From the NCBI GenBank assembly GCA_963785725.1, contig CAWAWS010000005.1, positions 288,001-352,000 on the forward strand: a stretch of DNA of 64,000 bases. The letters run 5' to 3'. A program made the position numbers and the translations under genes. Origin of the DNA: an uncultured delta proteobacterium. Lineage in GTDB: Bacteria > Myxococcota_A > Polyangia > Palsa-1104. Of this stretch, positions 49,738-59,885 are shown piece by piece. The notes below the pieces were generated by a model, which saw only the letters and a list, made by a program, of their open reading frames with translations, was not told the DNA's origin and made no database searches. How positions within the stretch are numbered: position 1 is the first letter of the stretch; each line of letters opens with the position of its first letter.

Positions 49738-49938
49738 CTAGAACTTGTACGGAAGGAGGCGCTTGACCTGGGCTTCCTGCGCTTCGTTCACCAGCTTCGA
49801 GCCACGCAGACGACGCTTGCGCTTGGTGGACTCGTGCGACAAGAGGTGGCTCTTGTGCGCCTGCTTGTGCTTGACGTGCCCTTTGGCCGTCACTTTGAAG
49901 CGCTTCTTGGCGCCCGAATGGGTCTTCATCTTCGGCAT
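49738..49938 (-). CDS. rpmI: 50S ribosomal protein L35
   Basis: [17 protein letters not shown]...LLPY. Confidence 0.97.
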   Translation of the reverse strand: MPKMKTHSGAKKRFKVTAKGHVKHKQAHKSHLLSHESTKRKRRLRGSKLVNEAQEAQVKRLLPYKF

Positions 49939-49971
49939 CGGAATTTCCTTTGGCGGCTTTCTATCTCGTAG

Positions 49972-50005
49972 AGCGGATTACTTCAAGCGGATTACTTCAA
50001 GCGGA

Positions 50006-50012
<7 letters not shown>
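49972..50012. repeat. Three tandem copies of a 14-bp unit spanning the infC stop codon
   Basis: AGCGGATTACTTCA at 49972 and 49986, plus 13 of 14 bases at 50000. Confidence 0.9.
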
Positions 50013-50872
<860 letters not shown>

Positions 50873-50906
50873 GGGCTTCTCCTCTAATTACGTTGAGCAG
50901 CCAAAT

Positions 50907-52625
50907 CTATAGCGGAAGCTTGGCTTCGTCCACCAAGCGATCGCATAGCGCGTCGAGCGACATCGGCGGCAGCTGCGTACCGTCGCGCAAACGCGGCGCC
51001 ACCGTGCCCGCCGCCACTTCTTTGTCACCTACGACCAACATGTACGGAATCTTCTCGAGCTGCGCGCGGCGAATCTTGGCGCCCAGCTTGTCTTTAGACA
51101 CATCGAGGTCGATGCGAAGCCCACGCGCCTTCATCTTCGCCTGAACTTCGCGGGCGAAGGGCTCTTGCGTGTCCGAAACGACGACGGCGCGCGCCTGAAT
51201 CGGCGCCAGCCACAACGGGAAACCGCCCGCGTAGTGCTCGATCAGCATGGCGATGAAGCGCTCGAAGCTGCCGAAGATCGCGCGGTGGATGACGACCGGA
51301 CGATGACGCGCGTTATCGGCGCCGACATAGGTCAGATCGAAGCGCTCGGGCGCGTTCCAGTCGAGCTGGATGGTCGCGCACTGCCACTTGCGACCGAGGG
51401 CATCGGTCACATCGATGTCGATCTTCGGGCCGTAGAAAGCCGCCTCGTTGGGCACGGTGTCGAAGACGATCTGGTTCTTCGTCAGCGCCGATGCAAGGGA
51501 GGCTTCCGCCTTATCCCAGTCTTCGAGCGCGCCCATCATCTTCTCGGGGTTGCGCGTCGAGAGCTGGAACGTCGTCTCCATACCGAAGACGCCGTAGACC
51601 TTACGCACGAGCGCGAGCAGCGCCGTCACTTCGTCCTCGACCTGATCGAGGCGAAGGTAGATGTGCGCGTCGTCCTGCTGGAACTGGCGCATGCGGGTCA
51701 GGCCGCTCAGCGTACCCGAGGCCTCGTTGCGATGCAGGATGTCCTGCGAATGGATGCGCAGCGGCAGATCGCGGTAGCTGTGCAGCTCCATGCTGTACAA
51801 GAGGTGATGGCTCGGGCAGTTCATCGGCTTGAGGCCGAAGCTCTGCTCCTCCGCCGTCACCTTGAACATGTTGTCCGCGTAGTGCTCCCAGTGCCCCGAC
51901 TGCTCCCACAGCTTCTGGCTGTAGATGAGCGGCGTCTTGACCTCGACATAGCCCGCGTCGTCGAGCAGGAGGCGCCGCATGAAGCCCTGCAGCGTCGTGT
52001 AGAGCACGGTGCCCTTGGGCAGCCAGAACGGCACGCCCGGCGCGAACGGATGGAACGCGAACAGCCCCAGCTCTTTGCCGAGCTTGCGGTGGTCGCGCTT
52101 CTCCGCTTCCTCGCGCTGCTTGACGAACTCGGCGAGCAGCTTCTTGTCGGGGAAGGCGGTGCCGTAGATGCGCTGGAGCATCTTGTTCTTCGAGTCGCCG
52201 CGCCAATACGCGCCCGCGACCGAGAGCAGCTTGAACGCCTTGATGTCGCCGGTCGCCTTGCAGTGACCGCCGCGACAGAGATCGGTGAAGCCGCCGTGCG
52301 AGTGGAGCGTGATGCGCTCGCCTTCGGGGATGCCGCGCGCGAGCTCGACTTTGTACGGCTCGTTGCGCTGCTCGAAGTAGGCGATGGCTTCGTCGCGCGT
52401 AATTTCCCGCTCTTCGAACGGGAGATTGGCGGCGACGATCTCGCCCATCAGCTTCTCGAGCTTGCCGAGGTCTTCGTCGGTGAAGTGGTGGTCGATGTCG
52501 AAATCGTAGTAGAAGCCGGTGTCGATGGGCGGACCGATGGTCAGCTTGGCGTCCGGCCAAATCCGTTTCACCGCGTCGGCCATGACGTGGGCCGCCGAGT
52601 GACGAAGTTTTTCGAGATCGTTCAC
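50907..52625 (-). CDS. thrS: Threonine-tRNA ligase, short form
   Basis: LRHSAAH, GFYYDF, DLCRG, AYWRG, RDHRKLG, KPMNCP, FYGPKID, HRAIFGSFERF. Confidence 0.97.
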   Translation of the reverse strand: MNDLEKLRHSAAHVMADAVKRIWPDAKLTIGPPIDTGFYYDFDIDHHFTDEDLGKLEKLMGEIVAANLPFEEREITRDEAIAYFEQRNEPYKVELARGIPEGERITLHSHGGFTDLCRGGHCKATGDIKAFKLLSVAGAYWRGDSKNKMLQRIYGTAFPDKKLLAEFVKQREEAEKRDHRKLGKELGLFAFHPFAPGVPFWLPKGTVLYTTLQGFMRRLLLDDAGYVEVKTPLIYSQKLWEQSGHWEHYADNMFKVTAEEQSFGLKPMNCPSHHLLYSMELHSYRDLPLRIHSQDILHRNEASGTLSGLTRMRQFQQDDAHIYLRLDQVEDEVTALLALVRKVYGVFGMETTFQLSTRNPEKMMGALEDWDKAEASLASALTKNQIVFDTVPNEAAFYGPKIDIDVTDALGRKWQCATIQLDWNAPERFDLTYVGADNARHRPVVIHRAIFGSFERFIAMLIEHYAGGFPLWLAPIQARAVVVSDTQEPFAREVQAKMKARGLRIDLDVSKDKLGAKIRRAQLEKIPYMLVVGDKEVAAGTVAPRLRDGTQLPPMSLDALCDRLVDEAKLPL

Positions 52626-52653
52626 GAGAAGACGTGCGTGGAGGGGATGCTAG

Positions 52654-52725
<72 letters not shown>

Positions 52726-52772
52726 GGGCCAGAAACAAAGTTGTAGTGTGGTAATCTTTGTCGCACACAGTG

Positions 52773-55062
52773 TCAAGCGCTTTCCAGCTGAGCGCGACGG
52801 TTTCCTCGCAGATGCAGCCGCACCTTCTGCAGGAAGTCATCGAGGCCGAACGGCTTCATGAGATAGCCGTCGGCGCCGGCGTCGATGGAGCTGCGCTGCA
52901 CCATCTCGCCCGACATCGCCGTGACCATCAGCACCGGCACGTGTGACGTCGCCGGGTTGCCCTTCAAGCGGCGGCACACTTCGATGCCGTCGGCGTCGGC
53001 GAGCACGATGTCGAGGATGACGAGGTCGACGTCCGCCGTCACCGTCGCCAGCGCCTGCTCGCCCGACGTGACGCTGATGACTTCGTAGCCTTCGCGCTCG
53101 AGCACGAAGCGGGTGAAGTCGAGGATCTCGAGCTCGTCCTCGACGACGACGACGCGGGCGCGGCTGTCGGGCTTGGGCAGCGCGCGGCCGAGCAGACGCA
53201 AGATGCCTTCGGTCAAGCGCGCGCCGTCGCCGGGCGCGACGACGGAGATCGGCGCGCCCGCGGCGATCGACCGGGCCGCGCAGGTCGGCGACGACGACCG
53301 TCGGCACCGCCGCCGTGTCGTCGTCGCGCTTGAGCTCTTCGAGCGCCTCGTCGAGGTTGGACAGCGCCAGGAGCACGAGATCGGGCCGATGGCGCCGCGC
53401 GCGCCGCACCAGCTCGGTCGCCGACTCGGTCCAGAGAAGATCTAGCGGCTGTAAGGCTTGCGCGGTGAGCGTCAGCTCCAGCTGCTCGCGCGCGGCTTCG
53501 TCGGCGCCGACGATGATGAGCGCGCGGCCGCTGCCGACCGGCTCGGCGCGCTCGCGCACGTCGGCGCGCGGCAGGCGGACGGTGAACGTCGAGCCGCGCC
53601 CTTCGGCCGAGTCGACGTTGATGTCGCCTTGATGCAGCGTCACCAGCTCTTTGGCCAGCGCCAAGCCCAAGCCGGCACCGCCGAAGCGGCGCGTCGAGGA
53701 GGCGTCGACCTGGTAGAAGCGGTCGAAGATGCGGGCGCGCGCGTCGACGGGGATGCCGATGCCGCGATCGGCGACGGAGACCTCGATCTGCACGTCGCGA
53801 CGGCGCGCGTGCACTTCGATGGCGCCGCCCGCGGCTTCGGTGAACTTCTCGGCGTTGCTGATGAGCGCGCGGAACACCTGCTCGAGCCGCGCCCGATCGC
53901 CGACGATCCACAGCGGCTCTTGGCCCAAGTCGAGATGCAACGGCAAGCTGCGCGACGCCAGCCGCTCGCCTACCGCCGCCGCCGCCGCCGCGATCGCCTC
54001 GCGCAGATCGAAGCGCGCCATCGACAGCTCGAGCCGCCCCTCTTCGCGCCGGGCCAGATCGAGCAGCGTCTCGATGAGCTCGACCAGCCGCTGCGTGTTG
54101 GCGGCGGCGATCTCGAGCCCGCGGCGCTGCCGCGCGTTGACCGGGCCGAGCGTGCCGCGCAAGAGCAGGTCGTTGTAGCCTTTGATGCTGACGAGCGGCG
54201 TGCGCAGCTCGTGCGAGACGTTCGCCAAGAGCTGCGTCTTCAGCCGATCGAGCGACGCGCGCTCCTGATTACGCTGGCGAATGTCCTCGAGCTGCTTGAC
54301 CGACGTGTTGTCGCGGCCGATGCCTTCGAGCACCACCGCCCGCCCGCTCGCGTTGCGCACGGGATAGAGCGACAGCTGCATGATGATGCGCTCGCCCGAC
54401 TTCGCCGTCAGCGCCAGGTCGAAGGTGCGCGACGCGACCTCTTGCATGCGCGAGAACGACGCGTCCCAGTTGGGGCGATGCTCGGGCAGGATCATGCGCG
54501 GAAAGAGGCCGGCGTCCTGGTAGAACTCGTCGGGCGCGTAGCCGGTCAAGCGCTCGATGGCGCGGTTGACGTAGAGGATGCGGCCGGCGATGGCGTCGAC
54601 GCGGAAGATGATGTCGGGCGCGTCCTCGACCAGCTCCTCGAAGCCGCGCTCGCCATTGCCGACGGGCGAGGTCGCCGACGAGCGGTCGACGGCGATGGTC
54701 ATGAGGCCGCGCTTGCCATCGGGCATGGTGATGGCGGTGGTCGTCCAATCCATCACGCGGCGCAGGCCGTCGCCGCAGGTCACCGTCGGACGATGGCGCA
54801 GCACTTCATTGACGGCGTAGAGCTGCTCGACCTCGCGCTGCACGATCTGCTGCTCTTGACCGTCGGGGAACATGATCGGCAGCCACTGATCGCGCGTCAG
54901 CTCCTCGGCGCTCCAGCGGGTCAGGTCGAGAAAGGCGCGGTTGGCGAACACGAGGCGGCCGCCGACCGACGCCGCCGCGGCCAACGGCGCCTCGACGAGC
55001 GCTTGCCATTGCGGCAGCCCGGACAACACGCCTTCGATGTACCCCCGATCCGCCATCGCCAC
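52773..55062 (-). CDS. Hybrid sensor kinase PAS-PAS-HisKA-HATPase-degenerate REC-REC (apparent frameshift near 53250-53280)
   Basis: Two PAS-like segments; VSHELRTPL; NAEKFT; DRGIGI; GAGLGL; C-terminal REC (VVEDE, ILDIVL, MKP) in another frame with no separate SD. Confidence 0.82.
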
Positions 55063-55108
55063 CCGCCCCTGTCGTCGGTTCGACCGGTTCGCTTCGTCTA
55101 AGGCTTGC

Positions 55109-57022
55109 TTAGTTGGTGTAGAACGCGTCGATCACTTTGGCGAACTTCTCTTGCGTGAACTTGCGCTTGACCTTCAACGTCGGCGTCAGCTCACCCGTCT
55201 CCTGCGAGAAGTCGGCCGGCAGGACCGCGAACTTCTTGATCGAAGAGTAGCTCGGCTCGCGCGCGTTCAAGTCGTCGACATATTTCTGCACCAACTTGCG
55301 CACGCGCTCGTGCTGCGCCAGCTCGGCGTTCGACGTGAACGTCAACCCCTCGTCCTTGGCCCACTTGGCGATGTTCTCTTCGTTGAGCGTGATGAGCGCG
55401 ACGAGATAGGGACGCTTGTCGCCGTGCACCATCACCTGCGAGATGTACGGCGTCGCCTTCAGCGAGTTCTCGAGGTTCTGCGGCGCGATGTTCTTGCCGC
55501 CGGCGTTGACGATGATGTCCTTCTTGCGATCGGTGATGCGCACGAGGCCGTTCTCGACGACGCCGATGTCACCGGTGTGGAACCAGCCCTCTTCGTCGAT
55601 GGCTTCGCGCGTCGCTTCCGGCTTGTTGTAGTACTCCTTCATGACCGAGCCGGCGCGCACCAGGATCTCGCCGTCCTCGGCGATGCGGATCTCGACGCCC
55701 GGAACCGCCGGTCCGACGGTGCCGAAGCCGTACTTCTCGGGGCGATTGAGCGTCGTGCCGGCGGTGGTCTCGGTCAGGCCCTAGCCTTCGAGCACGAGGA
55801 CGCCGGCGGCGTGGAAGAACTCGGCGATCTCCTTCGACAAGGGAGCGCCACCCGACACCAAGAAGCGCATGCGGCCGCCGAGCACCGTCTGAATCTTGGA
55901 GAACACGAGCTTCGTCGCGAGCGCGTTCTTGATCGACAGACCGACGGGGATCGGCTCGTGGCGCTGCTTGAGCTTCGAGACTTCGCGGCCGACGCTGAAC
56001 GCCCAGTCGAAGATCTTCTGCTTCGTCGGCGGCGAGGCGTTGCGATTGCCGAGGATGCCCAGGTAGACCTTCTCGAGCACCCGCGGCACGGCGCACATGA
56101 AGCTCGGCTTCACCTCGCCCAAGTTGTCTTTGATCTTGTTGATCGACTCGGCGAAGGCGATGCGCGAGCCCTTGGAAATGCTGGTCCACTCGAGGATCTT
56201 GGCGAAGATGTGCGCCATCGGCAGGAACAAGAGCTGCTCGTCGTGCTCGTCGATGGGCAGCGCGTCGCGCATGGCGTCGCACTCCCAGACGATGTTCTTG
56301 TGCGTGAGGACGACGCCCTTCGGCGGCCCGGTCGTGCCCGACGTGTAGACGATCGTGAAGCTGTGGTCGGGCACGATCTCGGTCCAGCGGCGCTCGAGCT
56401 CGCCGGCGTGCTCGCCGAGCCACTTGGCGCCGTCGCGGCGCAGCTCGGCCAGCGACAAGAGCAGGCCGCGATCGGCGGCGGGCACGACGTCGTCGAGCGT
56501 CAGCTGCGTGCGGCCTTGCGCGTCGGGCTTGTCGAGCTTACAGGCGGCGTCGAAGTAGACGATGCGCGTCAGGCCCGTCAGCTTCTCGCGCTCGGCCATG
56601 AGCTTCACGATCTGCTGCGGATTCTCGGCGAACACGATCTTGGCGCCCGAGTCGTTGACGATGTACTCGCACTCGTGCGGCAAGTTCGACTGATAGATGG
56701 GCACGGTGACGCCGCCGGCCATCAGGATGCCGATGTCACAATGCAGCCACTCGGGCCGCGTGTTGGCGAGGATGCAGCTGCGATCGCCGAGCCCGCAGCC
56801 GAGCGCGATGAGCCCGGCGGCGATTTCGCGCGACGCCTGGTCCCAATCGGCCCAGGTCGACTGCCGCCAGCTGCCGCCCTCTTTCCAGCGCAATACGGGT
56901 TTGGCGCGGTCGGCCTTGACGCGCTGGTTGAAGATTTCGACCGCGTTGGCGACGCTGAGCGGTCGCTCGGCCGGTCGTTCGCTGATGCCCGTCCCCAATG
57001 CCGTCGCCGCGCTCGTATCCAT
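55109..57022 (-). CDS. Long-chain fatty acid-CoA ligase (FadD15-like) with an in-frame TAG at 55781-55783
   Basis: YTSGTTGPPKG, LFLPMAH, VPRVLEK, SGGAPL, LEG*GLTET, GWFHTGD, TDRKKD, ELTPTLK all in one frame apart from the TAG. Confidence 0.88.
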
Positions 57023-57092
57023 GCGTCGAATTGTTACGCCGAAAGGGTCGGCGCATCAACCGTATGCTAAAGTGAAACGTCGACGAATAAAC

Positions 57093-57133
57093 ATGAGCGA
57101 GCGTCACCCCATGAGCGAGCGTCACCCATGAGC
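57093..57133 (+). repeat. Tandem duplication around the ABC1 kinase start codon
   Basis: ATGAGCGAGCGTCACCCC (57093), ATGAGCGAGCGTCACCC (57111), then ATGAGC (57128). Confidence 0.85.
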
Positions 57134-58411
57134 CCGATGCGTTTCATCGTCCGCTCGCTGGTCATGTTCGGCCTGGTGCTGTTCTCGCTGGGCCGATTTC
57201 TGGCCGGTTGGCTGCTCCTCTTGGTGATGTTCGCGCCCAAAGCGCGGCGGCAGGAGTGGTTCGCGCGCTGCTTCGTCGGCCTGTTTCGCGCGCTCGGCGC
57301 CACCTTCATCAAGGTCGGGCAGATCATGTCGACGCGGCCGGATCTGTTCGAGCCGCATCTGATTCAGGCGCTGGAGACGCTGCAAGACAACGTCGGGCCG
57401 TTCCCGTTCACGCACGTGCAGCAGACGTTCATCGAGGACTTCGGCAAGCCGCCCGAGGAGCTGTTCGCCGAGATCTCGCCGCTGCCGATCGCCTCGGCGT
57501 CGGTGGCGCAGGTGCACAAGGCGCGGCTGCCCGACGGTCGCGTCGTCGCCGTCAAGGTGCGGCGGCCCAACCTCGACGAGCTGGTGCGCTTCGATCTCAA
57601 GGTCATGCGCGGGTTTGCGCATCTGATGGCGCTCGTGCCGGGGGTGAGCTTGATGGCGCCGGTCGAGAGCGTGCGCGAGTTCGGCCGCGGCATCTCGCTG
57701 CAGCTCGACTTCACGATCGAAGCCGCCAACAACCGACGCTTCGCCGAGAACTTCAAAGACGACCGCGACGTGCTGTTTCCCGCGCTCGTCGACGGGCTGT
57801 GCTCGCCGCGCGTGTTGACGATGGAGTACATCGACGGCACCAAGATCCTGAACTTCCGGCAGACGCCGTCGGACCCGAAGCGCTTGGCGGCCATCGGTTT
57901 CCGCGTGATGCTCAAGATGATCTTCGAGGACGGCTTCGTGCACGCCGACCTGCATCCCGGCAACATCTTCATCACGCGTGACGACCGCGTCGCCATCTTG
58001 GATTTGGGGCTCGTCGGTGAGCTCGACGGCACGCATCGCGCCGGCTTTGCGCGCTACTTCGCGGCCTGGGCGCAAGGCGACGGCAAGACGATGGCCAAGC
58101 TGATGGCGGAGCTGTCGCCGGTCAAGCGCATCCCCGACTTCGCCGGCTTCGAGGCGGCGGTCGTCGCGTTCGTGCAGAAGTACAACGGCAAGCGGCTCGG
58201 CGAAGTGCAGGTGTCGCTCGTCTTCATGGACATGATGAACATCCTCAGGAAGTATCGCGTGCGCGCCAACCCGACGTTTACGCTGGTGAACATCGCGATC
58301 GCCGTCACCGAGGGCATCGGCAAGCAGCTCGATCCGACGGTGGATTTGATGGCGGCGGCGCTGCCGTTCTTCGCGCGCTTCAACTTCTTCGCGCCGGAAG
58401 CCACCGGGTGA
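57128..58411 (+). CDS. ABC1/UbiB/AarF family atypical kinase
   Basis: LGATFIKVGQIMSTRPD, IASASVAQVH, VAVKVRRP, HADLHPGN, LDLGLVG. Confidence 0.92.
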   Translation: MSPMRFIVRSLVMFGLVLFSLGRFLAGWLLLLVMFAPKARRQEWFARCFVGLFRALGATFIKVGQIMSTRPDLFEPHLIQALETLQDNVGPFPFTHVQQTFIEDFGKPPEELFAEISPLPIASASVAQVHKARLPDGRVVAVKVRRPNLDELVRFDLKVMRGFAHLMALVPGVSLMAPVESVREFGRGISLQLDFTIEAANNRRFAENFKDDRDVLFPALVDGLCSPRVLTMEYIDGTKILNFRQTPSDPKRLAAIGFRVMLKMIFEDGFVHADLHPGNIFITRDDRVAILDLGLVGELDGTHRAGFARYFAAWAQGDGKTMAKLMAELSPVKRIPDFAGFEAAVVAFVQKYNGKRLGEVQVSLVFMDMMNILRKYRVRANPTFTLVNIAIAVTEGIGKQLDPTVDLMAAALPFFARFNFFAPEATG

Positions 58412-59736
58412 TTTGGGGGCGGCGGTCGGCGATCCTCGTCGCCGCCGCTGCGCTGGTCGCGTATCACAACGCGCTCACGGCCGGCTTCGTTCTCGACGAT
58501 TACCACTACATTCTCGAGCATCGCGAGCTCGGGATTACGGCGATTCCGCGGCTGTTTTGGCGCGCCTACCATTCGGGCGGCGTCGAGTTCTATCGCCCGC
58601 TGACGACGGCGACGTTCGCGCTCGACCGCTCGCTGTTCGCGCTCTGGGCGCCGGCCTATCACGCGCACAACCTGGCCTGGCACGTCGCCGCGTCGCTGCT
58701 CGTCGGTCACCTGTTCTCGCGCGTTCTCGACAGCCGGGCGGCGACGATGGCGGCGCTGGTGTTCGCGTTGCATCCGCTGCACACCGAGGCGGTCACCGGC
58801 ATCGTCGGGCGCTCGGAGCTGATGGCGACGACGTTCGTGCTCGCCGGCTGCGCGCTGCAGCGTGATGGGCGACGCGCCTCGGCCGCCCTCGCCTACCTCG
58901 CGGCGCTCATGTCGAAGGAGAGCGGCGTCATGTTGCCGCTCCTGGCCGTGCTCGTCGACGCGCAGACGCGACCGTGGCCGCGCGCCGCGCAGCGCGCCTG
59001 GAATTTCCTGCCGCCGCTCTTGGTCTACGGGCTTTTGCGCGCGCATGCGTTGGCGGGCGCGACGCTGCCGCCGCCAGCCGAATATTTCCGCGTGGCGACG
59101 GCGGGCACGGCATTCTGGACGGCCGTCGACGTGCTCGGCCGCGACGCGCGGCTGCTCGTGTGGCCGCATCCGCTCGCCGCCGACTATTCGTATCCGGCGC
59201 TGCCGCTGTCGCCGGGAATCGCTAGTGCGCGCACGCTTTGCACCGTCGCCGGCATCCTCGTCGTGGCGGCGCTGGCGATCGCGCGCGGACGACGCCCGCC
59301 GCGCCTCGGCCTCGGGCTCGCGTGGACCGCGATCGCGATCTTGCCGGTGTCGAACCTGATCGTGCACATCGGCGTGCTCATGGCCGAGCGACTGCTCTAT
59401 TTGCCGTCGGTCGGCGTCTGTCTCGTCGCCGGCGAGGCGTGGCGCTGGCTCGGGACGCGCGTGCGACCGCCGCTGGCGACGGGCGCGGCGGTGGCGGCGC
59501 TGGTGTCGCTGGCGTCGCTGACCCTGGTGCGCAACGTCGACTGGCAGACGCCGCTGGCGTTGTGGCGCGACAGCGTCGCCAGACAGCCGCGCAGCGCGCT
59601 CGCGCACGGCAACTTGGCGCTGTCGTGCCTCGTCGTCGACGATCGGGCGTGCGCCCGCGCCGAGCTGGAAACGGCGGTCGCGCTCGATCCCATGCGCGCC
59701 GATTTCGCGCAGGCGCTGCGCGATCTGCCGCCGTGA
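58408..59736 (+). CDS. TMTC-like GT-C membrane glycosyltransferase with a short C-terminal TPR
   Basis: GFVLDD, FYRPL, FALHPLHTEAV..IVGRSE, SKESG, WPHPLAADY, MAERLLYLPS, RNVDW. Confidence 0.75.
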   Translation: MIWGRRSAILVAAAALVAYHNALTAGFVLDDYHYILEHRELGITAIPRLFWRAYHSGGVEFYRPLTTATFALDRSLFALWAPAYHAHNLAWHVAASLLVGHLFSRVLDSRAATMAALVFALHPLHTEAVTGIVGRSELMATTFVLAGCALQRDGRRASAALAYLAALMSKESGVMLPLLAVLVDAQTRPWPRAAQRAWNFLPPLLVYGLLRAHALAGATLPPPAEYFRVATAGTAFWTAVDVLGRDARLLVWPHPLAADYSYPALPLSPGIASARTLCTVAGILVVAALAIARGRRPPRLGLGLAWTAIAILPVSNLIVHIGVLMAERLLYLPSVGVCLVAGEAWRWLGTRVRPPLATGAAVAALVSLASLTLVRNVDWQTPLALWRDSVARQPRSALAHGNLALSCLVVDDRACARAELETAVALDPMRADFAQALRDLPP

Positions 59737-59885
59737 CCGAACGGAGCTGTCGAGAAACACCGTGACGGCGCGATCACACTCATGGCGGTTGCCCTGGCTA
59801 CGCTACACGAGCTAAAATAGGCCGGTTTTCGCGACGGGCATGACAGCGATGCCCCAGTGGACGGCTAGGGAGGCGACGGACCGGA

